A stretch of 64,000 nt of DNA from Camelus ferus (GCF_009834535.1 NC_045697.1:95792001-95856000); one strand, 5' to 3'. Numbered from the stretch's first letter, positions 1 to 14,277 are shown. A program made the numbers and translations. Notes: a model not told the origin generated them from the sequence alone.

Positions 1-210
1 AGATTTTGGAGATTAAAAGCTACCTAGGAGATGGGAAAAGTGGACTAGAGTAATGATTACCCAAGAACATTAGGGAACTAGGTGGGATTAGTGATCTTAA
101 AATTAAAGTGAGGCCTGTGAGACCTCTTTGCACCACGTGCTTCTTCTTCAGTCATATTCTGTTAGATGGGTGTAGGTGCAAATAGGAAGTTGGATAACCC
201 TGGGCAGACT
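1..210 (-). mobile_element. L2 LINE fragment (ORF2 region just downstream of the endonuclease domain); continues left of window
   Basis: Reverse complement (..ccagggttatccaac..cctcactttaattttaagatcactaa..ctagtccacttttcccatctcctag) resembles recalled L2 ORF2 consensus. Confidence 0.55.
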
Positions 211-229
211 GTAGCTCCCAGGTTCCCAT

Positions 230-1100
230 ACCTTCTTGGAAATATATTTAAGCCTGGTGTAACTGGAAAACTCTCCTCCCTAGCGTTCTAACCCAGCGTG
301 CATAAGAATGAATATGACGGCTCCAGAAGTTTGTACGTTTCTGGCATGGTCCTCCCAAGCCCTCTCAAGTGGTAGCTCTTTTCTTTCCCTCAATCTTAAT
401 GTGACTGGACCTGGATGTGTGGTGTCTGTCCTCCATGAACCACGTGGCAACTTCTGTATGACTCTCCCCTCTTCCATAAGAATCTCAAACTTTGAATTTC
501 ATATCATCAAATTATATATTCCACTACCCCAAATGGCTGATCTAAAATGTTTGGGTAATTTCTTGGGTATTTTATTTTATTTTTATTGAGGTATAATTGA
601 CATATAACTTTACATTAGTTTAAGCTGTACAACATAATCATTTGATATTTGAACACATTGAGAAATGATCTTGAGTATTTTAGTTCACTGTTACTGTCAT
701 GATAGTTCTTGTTTTCAAAAGCCTTGGATTAGCCTTGAATTTTATCCTCTGTTGCTTTCTTTTTTTCAAGTAATCTTATCTTCTGCTCTTAGCCACTTTT
801 CCCCATGGTTATTTCCTAGTATTATCATTACTAATAACTTCTCCTCCACCTTCATCTCAACTCCAAAACCTCTCCTTCTCAGACCAACATCCTTAATTCC
901 CACCTCACTCCATCCAATACTTGTACTCCTGCAATTATTCAACACTCAGTGAGACACTGAAAACCGTAGATCCTACCACTTTTCTTTTTTACTACTCATC
1001 ACACTTTCTGTGTCAGTTTCTTTTTTTATCCCATTGAAATCCTGATTCTTTATCATAATCAACCCTTTATTTGCACCCTGAACTCTGTTCTCCCTGGCAA
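230..1100 (+). mobile_element. L2 LINE endonuclease-region remnant, interrupted by an L1 fragment
   Basis: Pyrimidine-rich L2-like motifs 'ctttgaatttcatatcatcaaattatatattccactaccc', 'catggttatttcctagtattatcattactaataac', 'ctcagaccaacatcct'. Confidence 0.55.
570..670 (-). mobile_element. L1 3'-end fragment
   Basis: T-rich tail followed by 'ttattgaggtataattgacatataac..ttagtttaagctgtacaacataatcatttgatattt', typical of a reverse-oriented L1 3'UTR terminus. Confidence 0.75.
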
Positions 1101-2949
1101 TTAGTTATGCTTAGCCTACTGAATTAGTCAAGGTAAAGAATAATAAAGAACTCCAAAGATATTTTATGTGTAGCTTGATAAAGATAAAACTATAGAACAA
1201 TCTCTTTCTATACATTAACCTGCTTACCTATATTTTAAGGACTGATTATGTGCATTCTAAACACTGTGAAATGTAAGCAGTACAAGAAGCAATCCTTCCA
1301 AGGGTAAGCTTGTCTTTGGTTTGTGTGTGGGTGTGGGTCACAGCCTATTTACAAAATTAATTCTTAGGAAAATGTAAAATACGAATATTTGTTAATCTAG
1401 TTTGTGTCTATAAGAAATGACCTTTCAAAAGCTTATAGTTAGAGCAAAGATTATGAATGTAGAATATCACCAAAGTTAAGAAACAAGCAAAGGATGAGGA
1501 TTATTTTCAGCAGGCTGAGAAAGTTTTTGTGGGGAAAGAGGAGAAAAACAATTGACAAAAAATGGAAACAAGAAAACAAAACAGAGGATGGTTTTAAGAG
1601 TGAGAAAGTATTCAAAAGAGATGAAATAATGCAAGTAGGTAGAGAAGGATGCAAATCTATAAAGTTTAATTTTGTAATATGAGATCACTGATGAGTTTTG
1701 CAGAAAATTTTCTGTTAAAAGCTAATGTTGAAAGTAAAAATTGCATTGTGGATGAAAAAAATGGAACAGAATGAGACTTGCAAACATAAACTATTTTATC
1801 AATATATTTGATCATGATGAGGAGGGAGATCATATTTACGGGCAGGTAAAGAAGGCTATTCTATAGTTGGTGAGTTATGTTGGCTCAACATTACTAAGTA
1901 GGCAACTCAGTGAAAAGCAAGAGATTAAAGTGCTAATGTTTTTTGCAGTGCTCGTTTCCTGGAAACCACATGATGACACTTAGTTATTTAATGCTGCCAG
2001 GGATTGCACTGTTAGACAACAAATACTTTTTTATATGCAGACAATCCTCCTTGAATTCCAGTTCTTCTACATTGCCATTGTTGGGGTTTTTAATCTTCTC
2101 CTGGGAAGACATGTTTGATAGGCTGTCACCATATTTCTAGATCTTGCTGCTGTATTATCACAAGAGATGATTTTTGTAAGCCACCACAAGATAAAATAGT
2201 AAGTAGAAACATATCATTTGCCTCAAAAATGTTATGCCTTATTCTCTGGGGGTGGGGTGTGATAGGTACACATTCTTGATTATTTATAATGGCTCAGTTG
2301 GGTAAAAGATAAAATTGACCATTTGCATCCCAAAGAAGAAAAGTTACACTGAAATGTCATAACTTCAATCATCTATATTATATAGAATATCAGAGCATTT
2401 TCTTACTTGAGAAGGAATCACTAATCACATTCATATAATAGCATCAGCAAAATATATTTTTGCTTCCTTCTTCACTCCAGGTTGTGTGACAAAGATTTTA
2501 TATTTTGAAATTTTAAAAAACCTACCTTTAGGTGATATTTGATATTTTTCTATTATTTAATATTACATCAAGAAGAAAATTTTAAGAAAAGAGTCTTGTC
2601 AAATAAAATCCAAAGTCAACTAAAAACTCTCTGAACTGGTATCTCTCTCTCTGTTATGGATGTCCACATCATGCTTTATAGAATACCAAATTATTAAGCA
2701 GGCCTTAGCAAAAAGAAGGGAATTATCCTGGTACCTTGGCAAAGTTTCTAAAAGTAACATTTAATGTATGTCAGAGGCAAACGCAAATAATGTGAGCAGT
2801 CTTCCAAGTGAACTAACAGCATGACTTTTCAAAAAAGTCTTCAGATGATGCCTGCTTTCTTTCTTGTACTGATTGATTTAGAGACATAGAAATGATAAGT
2901 TAGATCATTTTTCTTTAGTTGTTTAGAGCTAAAATCTATCTTGACTCAA

Positions 2950-4040
2950 TGTATCATTCATTCAGTCAATTCTTCATTCATTTTATTGAGCACCTACTAT
3001 GCAACCAGTCTTCGGGTCATTATGTTTGAAGAGAGCAAGCAGACGTAGGAGGAGGTATTGAAGTCAAAAAGAAAGTTAGGGACCAGATCCTAGGAACTTG
3101 TAGGTCATGCCCAGCACTATGTATTTGCTTGAAATATGTTGGTTTGCCCTTAAAGGACTTTAGGATGGAAGTGAATCGATCATTGCTGTTAGTGTTGTTG
3201 TTGTTTAAAGCACTCTGGGTGTTTAGTGAAGAAATGAGAGTAGAGGGATAGGATAATGTATTGGTTTCTAGGGATGCATAAAAAATTACCACAAACGGGT
3301 GGCTTAAAAGAACAGAAATCTATTGTCTCATAGCTCAGGAAGCTAAAGTCTAAAACCAAAAGTCAGCAGATTGATCACTCTGGAAGCTCTGAAGAACCTG
3401 TCCCATGCCTTCTAGCTTTTGGGGTTGCCTGCAAGTTTTGAAGTCCTTAGCTTTTAGACCCTCACACCAATCTTTGCCTCCATCTTCATACTGCCTTTCT
3501 CTCTTTGTGTTTCTATGTGTCCTCTCCTCTTTTTATAGTACATCTGTCATTGGAATCCTAAATTCAGGAAGATTTAATCTCAAGATCCTTAACTGATTAT
3601 ATATGACAAGATCCTATTTCCAAAAAAGTTTGCATTCTGAGGTTCCTGGTGTATCTATTTTGAGGGAAGGGGCACTAGTCAACCCACAATAGGTGGAAGG
3701 GAAAAAAACAAGATTAGGTAAGAGGTAATTTAAACAACCCAAGTAAAAATAATGATGGTGTTTTGGACTATAATATTGAAGGTGGAATCATGAGACATGA
3801 TTATATTTATGGTATTTATAGTCAATAGAACTTGCTCAGGTAGTGGGAAAAATAAAGATTGAATGCAATTCAAAGCATGCCTACTGGAAAATGATAGTGA
3901 AATTTACTCAGATGGGAAAAACTAAGAGAGAGGTAGGTTTACAGGGAAGTGGATTACTATTTCTGCTTTGGACATATTAAATATGTGATGTGTATTGGAA
4001 ATCCAAGTTCAAATATTAAGTTGAAAGTTCAATATTAGAC
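2950..4040 (-). mobile_element. L2 3' portion, split by an MLT1 LTR
   Basis: 'ttcattca..ttattgagcacctactatg' is the reversed L2 3' end; L2 motifs resume after 3691 ('atttactcagatgggaaaaact', 'ctttggacatattaaat'). Confidence 0.7.
3257..3691 (-). mobile_element. MaLR solo LTR (MLT1B/C-like)
   Basis: 'tgtattggtttctaggg..aattaccacaaacgggtggcttaaaagaacagaaat..ctcaagatccttaact..ctatttccaaa..cattctgaggttc..caacccacaata'. Confidence 0.85.
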
Positions 4041-5249
4041 AGGCTGCAGTCATATTGGTTAGTAGAATAAAAGTTTGGAAGTAAAAACTTCAACAATTTT
4101 TTTTTGATCCATAAAATCACGTGTAAAGAAACTTTCTTTCTACATGATTAGCATATCGTGATATTGTCTCGTTCGCTCAGAGCTTAGTAGAAGTATATTC
4201 ATCTTCATTGTCATGTCACACATTTTCCTTCCTGCTGTATGGCAAGACTAAGAAAGGTTCATATGTTCTGAAAGTGGCGGTCACATCCCTTGCTAACAGC
4301 AGAAGACTAAACTGGAAATAATCAAACCCAGACAATCATCTGGCCTTCTCTGTATTCCCACCACACCATTTACTAAGTGTGTGGCTTTGCAGAAGTCACT
4401 TAAACTCTCAATAACAATACCTATTTCTCAGAAAGACTACATAAGATCACCAGCTCCTAGTCTGTATTTATGAACGTTTGCTTCTGTCATATTTCTGCCA
4501 TCTCTTTTTTATACTTTCATAGACCCTCCTCATACATTATACATATACATTATACACTTAGAAGAAACAAAATTAAGTAAAATTTAATGCAATGGACATT
4601 AAATAAAATGTCCACTCAGCAAAGAAAAAAGGTGAAACTAACATGTTGACAAGCATAAGGAACACTTTATAATAGTTTTCAAGTCTGAGAGCTTAACCTA
4701 AGAGAAACTAAATTTACTTCGTTCAGATTAATAGTGTTTGTATAGAGACAAAGAGGAATCCTCTAATTTAAATCCTTAGCATGCTATTCTGTATTAGACT
4801 ACTGATGCTGTAGTTTGCCAATTTAGCATTTTTATTTCATAGCTTCCTTGAATAATTAAAAAGTGAGTCACTGAGGATATACAAACACTTTATTAATACA
4901 CATCCTAATAGGATCTCCTGATACTAATTGCCAAGTAGCATCTTTACATACCTACTACATTTCAGAGCTCAACAGCTTCAAGAAGTTCTGCAATTATACT
5001 CCTCCACATTTTCAGCCACCAAACACATAAATCTCCAAGTTTACTCGATAACCTCACATGATGACTGTGCCTCATTCATTTCATAAAAGTCATCCAAAAA
5101 TTACTAAAGAAAAATAAAAGAAGTAAATTAATGAACTAAAAAAAAAAAAGATGTTACAAAGAAAACAGTCCAATTTTCCTTTGCATTGGCCCAGCAGACA
5201 TAGAGGAGAAGCAGGTAAAAGAAGATGAAGAGAACGAATTTATAGAACA

Positions 5250-5436
5250 ACAACTAAATGCTATGCATTTTATAAAGGATATTTCATGTCAGCATTGCCA
5301 CCGGGCAGTAAAGGTATGATTTTCCTCACTCCCCACTTAAAAGATGTCAAACCTGAGTGCTAGTGAGATTAAGTAGATCAAAGTTTTAAGCTTTAAGTAG
5401 TGAAGCTGAGAGTCAAACCCAAAACTATCTGACTCA
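5250..5436 (-). mobile_element. MIR SINE remnant
   Basis: 'cccacttaaaagatg..aacctgag..gagattaagt..gaagctgagagtcaaacccaaaactatctgactc' MIR core. Confidence 0.6.
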
Positions 5437-6219
5437 GTGAATAAGTATCTGGTCTGTTTTTAGTAAAAACTAAAGTAACTGCAAAGTGGTTGTAGGAGAG
5501 ATAACATGTCACTAATATAGGACTTACAGATGGTGTACTGGCCCCATCTATCACTGCTTTATTATGGGGGAGGAAGAAAACATGAAAATGTGGTCAGGAA
5601 TAAATAGATTTTAGCAGCACATTACTGAGAGCGAATTATTGATCAGACTTTAATGGATCTAATGTTCATTCTTGTTTTTTTTCCACAGGAAATTTTGCAT
5701 CATGTAGAAAACCACTCCTCTACTCATCACCATTTTGTAATTATTTTTCTATCTTATTTGTCTTAGGATCAGGGATAGAATTTATGACCTTTTTATGAGT
5801 TTATATATCTTCAGATTTAAAGATAAATTAAGTGCTGACATGTTCGAGATTACACCATCATTATGTTTGACCTGGTTAATTATACTAACACAGAATTTTT
5901 CCATAAAATAGTTTATATTATGCTCTACAGACAATAATATAGTATGTGACAACCGTCATAATAATGTCTATGAGGGCAGGTTTACTTTTGTTTTAAAATA
6001 CGCTTCATTCCAAGAGGGCTAAGAAATTCCAAGTCTGCAGTCAATAGAAAGTACTGAGAGAAAAAAGGCCCAAGGAATATTACTGCAGCCGGCCTATCAT
6101 GACAGAGCTCAGACCACCTGAGAGAGTTAAATTCCACCCAAGATCCAGTAGGTGGGGTTGAAATCAAATCCACATCCAGTACAAACCAAGTGACATGTCT
6201 AAATATCTTTAAAGCCTTC

Positions 6220-6800
6220 AGAATGGAAAGAAAAGTAAAAGTAACACACAGAAGATTTCAATCTGCCTTCACAGGAAAAATACCAGACTGATTTTAGACT
6301 TCTCAACTGCAATACAACATTCTGAAATGTAATGAACAATAGCTCAAACCTGAAGGAAACAAATATATACCAAGCCTAAAAATTATCGACGTGTGAGAGC
6401 CAACTAAAAGCATATCAGCCTTTAGAGCAATTAGATACCTACATATATATCTGTATCTAGACCTATATCTATGTCTATCCAGTTGTAAAGAAATATGTAC
6501 ATTATTTCAACAAAGTAAAAAAGTAATTAAAAGAGGAGAATGATGTAAGAGATCAGAAACCATTTTAGATGATTGTTATCCACATGAAGTAAAGCAGTAT
6601 TAATAAAATATTGATTTTTAGTAGAGCCTCTTTTAAGCAATAATATTTTATTACATGTGGTAATGTATTGCAATTGCAGTAAATAATAATCACACAATCA
6701 TATTAAAATACTGGTTATTTATATTCAATATTTAGAAACTAGCTATAGTTTAAAAATTACTGAATTGTGGATAACTAAAACAAAGTAAATAAAATTGACA
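6220..6800 (+). mobile_element. Ancient L1/HAL1 ORF1-like remnant
   Basis: 'cagactgattttagacttctcaactgcaata..aatgaacaat..ctgaaggaaa..tataccaagcctaaaaattatc' resembles the L1 ORF1 C-terminal region. Confidence 0.45.
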
Positions 6801-7081
6801 ATACAAGACAATAATATACATAACAAACTTTGTTAGCAAGAGCGTATGAATTTTGAAAGAATAATTCCCTTGCCTTTTATAATATGGCTGCTAGGTAGCA
6901 TAATATTGACACAGTTTCCAACGTAGGAAATATCAAAAAATTTAGAACACTCACGTTTTGTAAAATAAAACTGCATGGTTCAATTTTAAAATTGAAAGCT
7001 CCTTAAAATTTGGCAGTTTTATCACCTGTCAACTGCACTAAAGTACTAGAAATTTTATTGTCACCTTTTATTTACTTTCAA

Positions 7082-7326
7082 TAATAAAAGTTAACAAGAG
7101 TTGAGACCTTACTGTAGACCAGGTGCTGTTCTAAATACTATATATGTATCAGTTCCTTTAATATTGACATCAGAACATGAAATAGGTACTATTATCATTC
7201 CTATTTTGGAGATGAGAACACTGAGGCACATACAGGTATATTAACCTTTCCAACATTGCAAAGATGTCATCTGAAAATCAATGTTTTGAACATAAGCAGT
7301 TAGATTCCAAAGCTCATACCCCCAAC
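7082..7326 (-). mobile_element. MIR SINE, near full length
   Basis: 'ccaggtgctgttctaaatact..taggtactattatcattcctattttggagatgagaacactgaggcac..gattccaaagctcat'. Confidence 0.85.
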
Positions 7327-7604
7327 GAAGATGTCACAGTCTGCTATTTATGGTAATGAAATTTATAAACACATGTAACTAGGCAAAAAAAAAGGAAGAA
7401 GTTGCACTGAAATTGGCTAGAGGAATAAACAAACCAGAGAACCAATGTGAACCTCCACATATGGTAAGCGGAATCAGCTAGTGCTGATCAGTCATGCCAT
7501 GGTGCTATAAATAGAAAATATGAACAGAGATTAACTCTTTGGTTAGAGTGGGTGGATCTGGTCTTTTATTATTAAAAAAATAAAAATAAAAAAAGGGGAA
7601 GAAG

Positions 7605-8045
7605 AAGAGTCCATTGCAGGGATTTGGAAAGAGTTACACCATGATGTAGGCATTTACTTTTTTTAAAAGAACAGTCTTGCCAAATGTTTTGAAAATAGAA
7701 CATACAGAGGCAAAGACCTCAGTAAGGAATTAATACATTAAATCCAGATGGGAGAGGAAGTAGCTCAGAGCTGGAAGACAGAGGTGAAATGTTTGAATTC
7801 TAGATATATTTTAAAGACAGCTAACAGAAATTGCTGTTGGATTGGATGTGGGATATGACAAGAAATGCCTAATCAATGAGATATCAAGGATTTTGGTCTC
7901 AGGGAATAGAAGGATGGACATGCCGCTCACTGAGATGGGGAATTGGATAAAGCAGATTTGGAGAGAGAGAATGGAAGATTTTGTTTTTTGTTTTTTGTTT
8001 TGATAGGTAAATTATAGATATTTACATAATAGGTGGTTATAGAAA
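7605..8045 (-). mobile_element. L2 fragment
   Basis: 'gaattctagatatattttaaag..attgctgttggattggatgtggg..aaggattttggtctcag..cactgagatgggga'. Confidence 0.75.
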
Positions 8046-9277
8046 AAAAATCTAGAATAGAAGTACTAAAGTTATGTCTTTATTTCAGCACTCTGACATG
8101 TTTGAAGATAATTTGCCTTAACTAAGATGATAGCAGTGGGGACAGAGAGAAAGGAGAAAATATTTAGGTGATATCATTGATTGGTCCCATGACTGATGCT
8201 GAGAGAAGGAGGAGGGATGAAGAAGAAATGGGAAATCATAAGCTGCATCTGTTTCAGAAACATCTTTATGGACAGTTTGTATATTATCACAAAATCTTTA
8301 GGGTGAGATCAAATTCTGTTGCTTTCATTAATTTGTTAATTTTGGCCCCAAAATAATCTGGGGAGCATAAGAAGTTCTGAGACTTTTATACTGACTTATA
8401 GAACAGCATCTCTCACTAATGCTACCTTCACAGAACATTTATACTGCTTACTTGTTTTACAGAATTCTGAATAAGGGGCAAAATCACATCACGCCATTCC
8501 ATAATACAGATATTTATATTTTTAACTATAGAATACAATATAATTTGTAAAATGTTAAGATCAAGTTCTTTTGATTTAAGCAGAAAGAGTACAACTAAAC
8601 TGTCCTTCGCTTAACAATATTGAAAAAAAAAACAATAATTAAATCTATTCTACTTTATTTTCAGCATAACTTTTTATCATGGTGGTATACAGTACAATAT
8701 GTTTTATAATTATAACATACGATATTTAGATCACTCAATTTTTGTAGCCTTGTTTTTACTCACTCGACATTCATTTTTCATGCTGATTTTTTTTTGTTTT
8801 GCACTTGCTACTATTCTGCTGATTGCTAATTTTCAAACATTTCATTACTTTAAAGATTTTCTTATAGATGTACGCCTTTAAAAAAAGACATGATTTGGGA
8901 CTGCAATTTTTAAAGTTAACTGATGTTCTTTATCTTTATAAAGGTAATCAATATTTGTTATACCAGCTATTTTAGTTTTTAACTGAATTAAAATATATGT
9001 ATATTGCTTCAACTTAAAGATAATTGATATCTATATTCTATGACTTACACAGGCTATTACCTGTGATGTTAAGCTTTTAGCTTCTCCATGTTTGAAAGAT
9101 TTACAAATATACACAACTTCCCTGGTAAGTAAAGAGTATATGAGGTAATACTGAATTGGTGGGAAGGAGAAGGTACTTATACAAGAGAGAGTACTTATCT
9201 AATGTTGTGCCACTAAAAAAGAAAACAATTTTTATATATTTAGGCATAAACTAACAGTGGACTTAATGGTCATTTTT

Positions 9278-9416
9278 ACATTATCTTTTTTAATTTATCC
9301 AACAATCCTATGAAGATGACAGTATTAAATTTCATTTAAGAAATAAAGAATGGAGAGACTGGATGATTAGCCAAGAGCACACAACTGGAAGTCAGAAGAG
9401 CCAGAATTCAACCCAG
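9278..9416 (-). mobile_element. MIR fragment
   Basis: 'caacaatcctatgaag..gccaagagcacacaactggaagtcagaagagccagaattcaacccag'. Confidence 0.7.
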
Positions 9417-12400
9417 TGCCCATGTAGGGCACCATCGAGCAATTCCACCTCACAGTAAAAGATGATGCTATATGACCCAAGAAATGTTGTTTTTCCTCTG
9501 AAGTAACATGGATGAGCTTCTGCCATGAAAGTTTAAAACTAGTATTTGAGCCTCCTAATTACTAATGTCTGTGTTCTTATTTTGTTCTATGGGTAAGACA
9601 GTCAAATATCTGACATTGACATAGGTGAATAATTAAATATATATTCACTTCACATTTTAAAAGATTTTTGCTTAGCACTTTGACTTTTACATCATATTAT
9701 AAACTTCTGCTACTTTTGACATATATTGAAATTTTCCTTTTTTAAATAGTGAGTTATGATGCTTAAGTCATTTGTTATTATACAGTTAAGATACTATGTC
9801 TTGGGTGGTTGATGTGAAAAATATTTAACCTAATAATGTGTTAGGTAAAATTTATTTTCCCAGGTACAATGTTCTTTTTATTTCTCCTGACATTAACTTA
9901 AAATTCATTTTATCAAGCTTTTGTGTTGCAAATGGAGCAATATTTATTATGGTTTTGGTAATCTTAAACACTTTGATATAAGCCAAAATGATTATTGTAT
10001 AAATTAGAATTGAAATGAGAGAGTAGGATGATTTGTGTATAAAACACTAATGATATACAATTATTCATTCACAACAGGCATACTTGGTCTTTCTGTATAT
10101 TCATTCATCATCAAGATTCATCTATATCAGCACAACACTTCAGACTTTCAGTATTCAAGTAATTTATGATGCTTGGAATTACATGCATTGGTAGACTATT
10201 TTTACAAGTTTTAAACAGATGGTTTTATATCAGAAATTTTTATCAAGACAAAGAACAAACAGAAATAAGTTCTTTACAGCCAAATTATATTTCACTGTAT
10301 GAATTTCTGCAAACTCAAGCATACTGAGTGTATCTCTGAAATTCTATTCAGTTTCAAAGACTGTAATTGCATTGCACACTTTTAAAAGTTCATTTTTTAT
10401 GATAAGCTACTTGTTAAAATATTTGGCATGAATTTTCAGGATAATTAATTTGTTAAAAACAGGGTGCAAGAATTTTCCTTGTGGGGAATCACTGTGCAAG
10501 GCTTACTTTTCTGACCAAACTGTAGGTTCTGCTAGAAAAATGGGTTATTCTAAACCTCAGTTCTTCAGTTCTGTGCTGAGTGTAACCTGTAGTTAGATTA
10601 GACCAGTGAAATGCTATCATAAAATTTAAAATGTACATATATATAGAGAAATATATGCCACGTTATATAATTAAACCAGGAAAGTAAAGGTCATATCTAT
10701 GTTATAGTTAAACAAACAACTTTACAAAGTTACAATATTACTCATCTCTAAAGTATAAGAATTAAGTTAGAATATTAAATTACTCCCAGCTTTAATATCT
10801 CATGATTCCTAGAGAATTAATAAGTTTATAGAAAACCTGTTTGCTCATTACAAAGCACTCATCTTGCTTAATAAAATGCTTCACCAACTTTTTTTTAAGA
10901 GGTAACAGTATGTTTCCAAAAACATGATTAGAAATATTGGTCTCATATACGCATATCTGAGGCAAATGATGAAAATTTTCCTGTCATGAAGAGGAAGAGA
11001 GTTTGTAATATTAGACACCTAAAAGCTTTTACTCAATGTCTACATCAAAATAAGAGTAACATAAACAACATCATATGGAAATGTTTTAGATTTCTATCAT
11101 CTATTTAGTATTATAAGCTTTTTCCTACATTAATCTAATAAAAATGTAAAGAAATACACACACAAATAAGAAAAATCATTTAGGCAGGACTTAAGTATAA
11201 CTGATTTCTACTCATATACAATCAGAGGCAAATGTCTATGTGTGTGTATATATAAATATATTTTTTAATCTTATGGGTACAGCATATCTTTTGAATTATA
11301 TTGGTTAGTTTTATACATTCAAAAGCCTATCAAACAACTAGTAGATAGAAAGTTTATTTGGCCATCTTAGAGAGCATGGGGGCAGAGTGGATTAGTAGGT
11401 TATGGGATTGGGTTACAGGACATATTATTGTAACAAGGAAGATTGTTTTTTGTGTTAAAAGCATCAGGATGTTTATTAGAGGATCTCAGCAGATTGCTGA
11501 CTGTGTATATGAAAAACTAATGCTATTGCCAGGATCACAAGTAAACCCTCAGAATGAGGCAGGGTTCCCCTAATTCGTGACTGTAATTTGACACCAAGGA
11601 TATTGTTAAATCATCTAGTATTCCTTACAGTTCTAAAATTAATTGTTCTATTTAACATCATGTTTTCAGATGTTTCCAATTGATAAAGAGTTTTAAGAAT
11701 TTAGATTTAATGTATAAATTATTATTGTTCACAGTTTATTTTCCCTTTAAAACTTCCATTTTGAGGGGTATCATCCACATATGTCTGAATAAAGCATAGA
11801 ATAATATAAACTTATAGATCAACTTATACAGTATGACCCCAAAACATTTAGAAAGCATTTATATTCATGGAGCTCTGTCAGGCAATGCATTGAGGAAAGA
11901 TCCTATAAACCCTGCCTTCTACGTGCTTTTCCAGAAAAGCTCTCAGGTATTTAAAAAAATGTTTTGTAACTTGTTTACATACAAACACTAAATATCTATG
12001 TATTTTCAGAATTGTTTATTTAGAAGAAAGAAGATATATTCACGAAGTGTTTCCATGAATTGGTGCTGGGGCACACATGGTATTTATTTATCGTTTAAAT
12101 ATGTGATATATTCTGAAGTAACTACATATAATTGTAAACAAAAATAAATCCCTGAATATGGGACACTCTTTAGTTTGAGAAGCCCTGAATCCCTAGAGAT
12201 ATATTAATTTTGAATAAAATATTTGATTAAGGGAATATATGCAAATAATTGCATACCTCCATCACCTCATTCTACTTCATGTAAGCACTATCTTATAAAA
12301 ACTGAAAAATAAGTGAAACTGGGTGAGTTTGAATGTCAAACCTGTATTTTAGGGTTTACTCTTGGAAGGTGGCAGAAAATGGACTATTAAGAAAGTAAAG

Positions 12401-14277
12401 TCATGACATGCTAACCAAAAAGGTAACAGTAAAGGTTTACAATCCATAGTGAAATTTGGAAAAGCTAAGGATCACAGTATAGCGTATTCAATAAATCATG
12501 TAAACCCTGCCATCCTTTACTCTCCTCTATATTAAAATTTTTAAAGAGTAATGTTGGTTTTATTGTTAGTGTTATAATGTTGGTTACTGTAGGAAATCAA
12601 TGTAGATAAATGAAAAAGCTCACTAGAAGTTTTATCATAAAAATATATATATTAAGTAATAAAATTTTATTAAAAAATGAATTTATTTTCCTGAGGACAC
12701 TAGTGTACTATATCTAAACCAAAACTATTGAATGATGTAGGTTCAAAAACAGTATTAATGATCTTGCAGGATAAACAAGTTAAATCAAAGATATTTATAA
12801 ATTGAAAGTCTTAATATCTTATTGCTAATTTTTAATAAAATAAGGTCAAGTATATAAAATATAAAATATGTTGTGGTTAACACAGTGAGATTTTGGAGTT
12901 CAACACATTTTAATACTTAGAATTCTTCTCAGGAAATTACATGAATGTGGCATCTCTACAGCTAAAGTAATTAATCCCCAAATGTATACATATAACTTGA
13001 CATGAATAGGTTGTAAGAAATAAAAACATCAATCCAAAGATATTATCTGACATAAACATTTCTAATATAAGAAGTCCTTCATAACATTGTTTTTTTTTTT
13101 TTTAATTAAGTCATACAAGGAACTCTGAGAAGTAGGCCACCATCTAAAGACGAGGAGAATTGTGTATTGTAGAGCTCTAACCAGCGCAGCATTTCATTCA
13201 AGAAGACTGCTTCAAGACTTCATTTAAAATTATCAGGGGCACATTATCTGGGTACACAACAAGAAGCAATTATTGGTTTAATTAGCCGGCATTCACCACA
13301 TCACCCTTTTTCTCTTTGTTCAATTGCCAGGCAATTTTCTACAATCATTAAGCAAGGGAACTATAATTCCACAATGACCTAATCTACAGCTCCTTCTTAT
13401 CACATTGGAATATTTTAAAGTTATTTATGACTGTCCTCAATAAGAAGTAAGCCCATTGGGCAGAAAACACTTCAGGCTTAAAAATTCAATATGCATTGAC
13501 ATATTCTAAATCTTGATTATATTTAATAATTGGCTGTGTTTTAGTGTGGATAAATATTTGCCATGAAATTAAGTTAAGAATATTTGATTGAAAGGGAACA
13601 TGTATGATCTCTTTTACAATTTGTTAAAATTCTGCAAGTAATTGATATCTCTCTCACAAGTATATATGCATAAGGGTGAAAACGTACAACTAAATTTTAA
13701 AAAGTGAAGAAACTTTAACATACAATTTACTGAAAACAAAAAATAGACAAAAAAACTTATTCTAAGATTGTTTTTAATTAGTCAAACTCTTGCAGATGGT
13801 TGAGTGAAATTATTGCTCATAGTGTTAACCACTGATTTAGGTGAATTCCTAAAATTTGAATCTAATGAGAACTTCCTAGTCTGGCATTAGAAAACAGGAG
13901 TATAAAATTGTGTCCCCTCTGTGAGGCCATAGTTAATACAGGTGTCTTTAGCACAAGAACATCCAGTGGAGGATTTAGAAGCAGTAAAAATGATGTTCTA
14001 TGTGAAATTATTCATAAAGCTGGGATTGGGCCATGAACTGTTCTGCAGTTAATTCCCTGGGTGATGAGGTCATCCATTTAGCCAGTGCCATAATTCTTAT
14101 CTCACTGTGCCTCATGATCCATGAACATTTTTTGCAATGTTCTCCAACACACAGAGACAACACTCAAAAGGTAACTACTATCTAGAATCCCACTGTGTTA
14201 CAGAAGCACAAATCATGCTACATCCATCAACCTTCAAAAGCCAAAATGTTCTAGTTTAAGGACAAATTCTTTTTCAA

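Noticed and set aside
1956..1964. Perfect GAS motif TTCCTGGAA
   Set aside because: A single 9-mer is expected by chance in 64 kb
5665..5745. Strong splice-acceptor-like site (tttttccacag|G)
   Set aside because: No convincing donor or coding frame follows; such sites are frequent by chance
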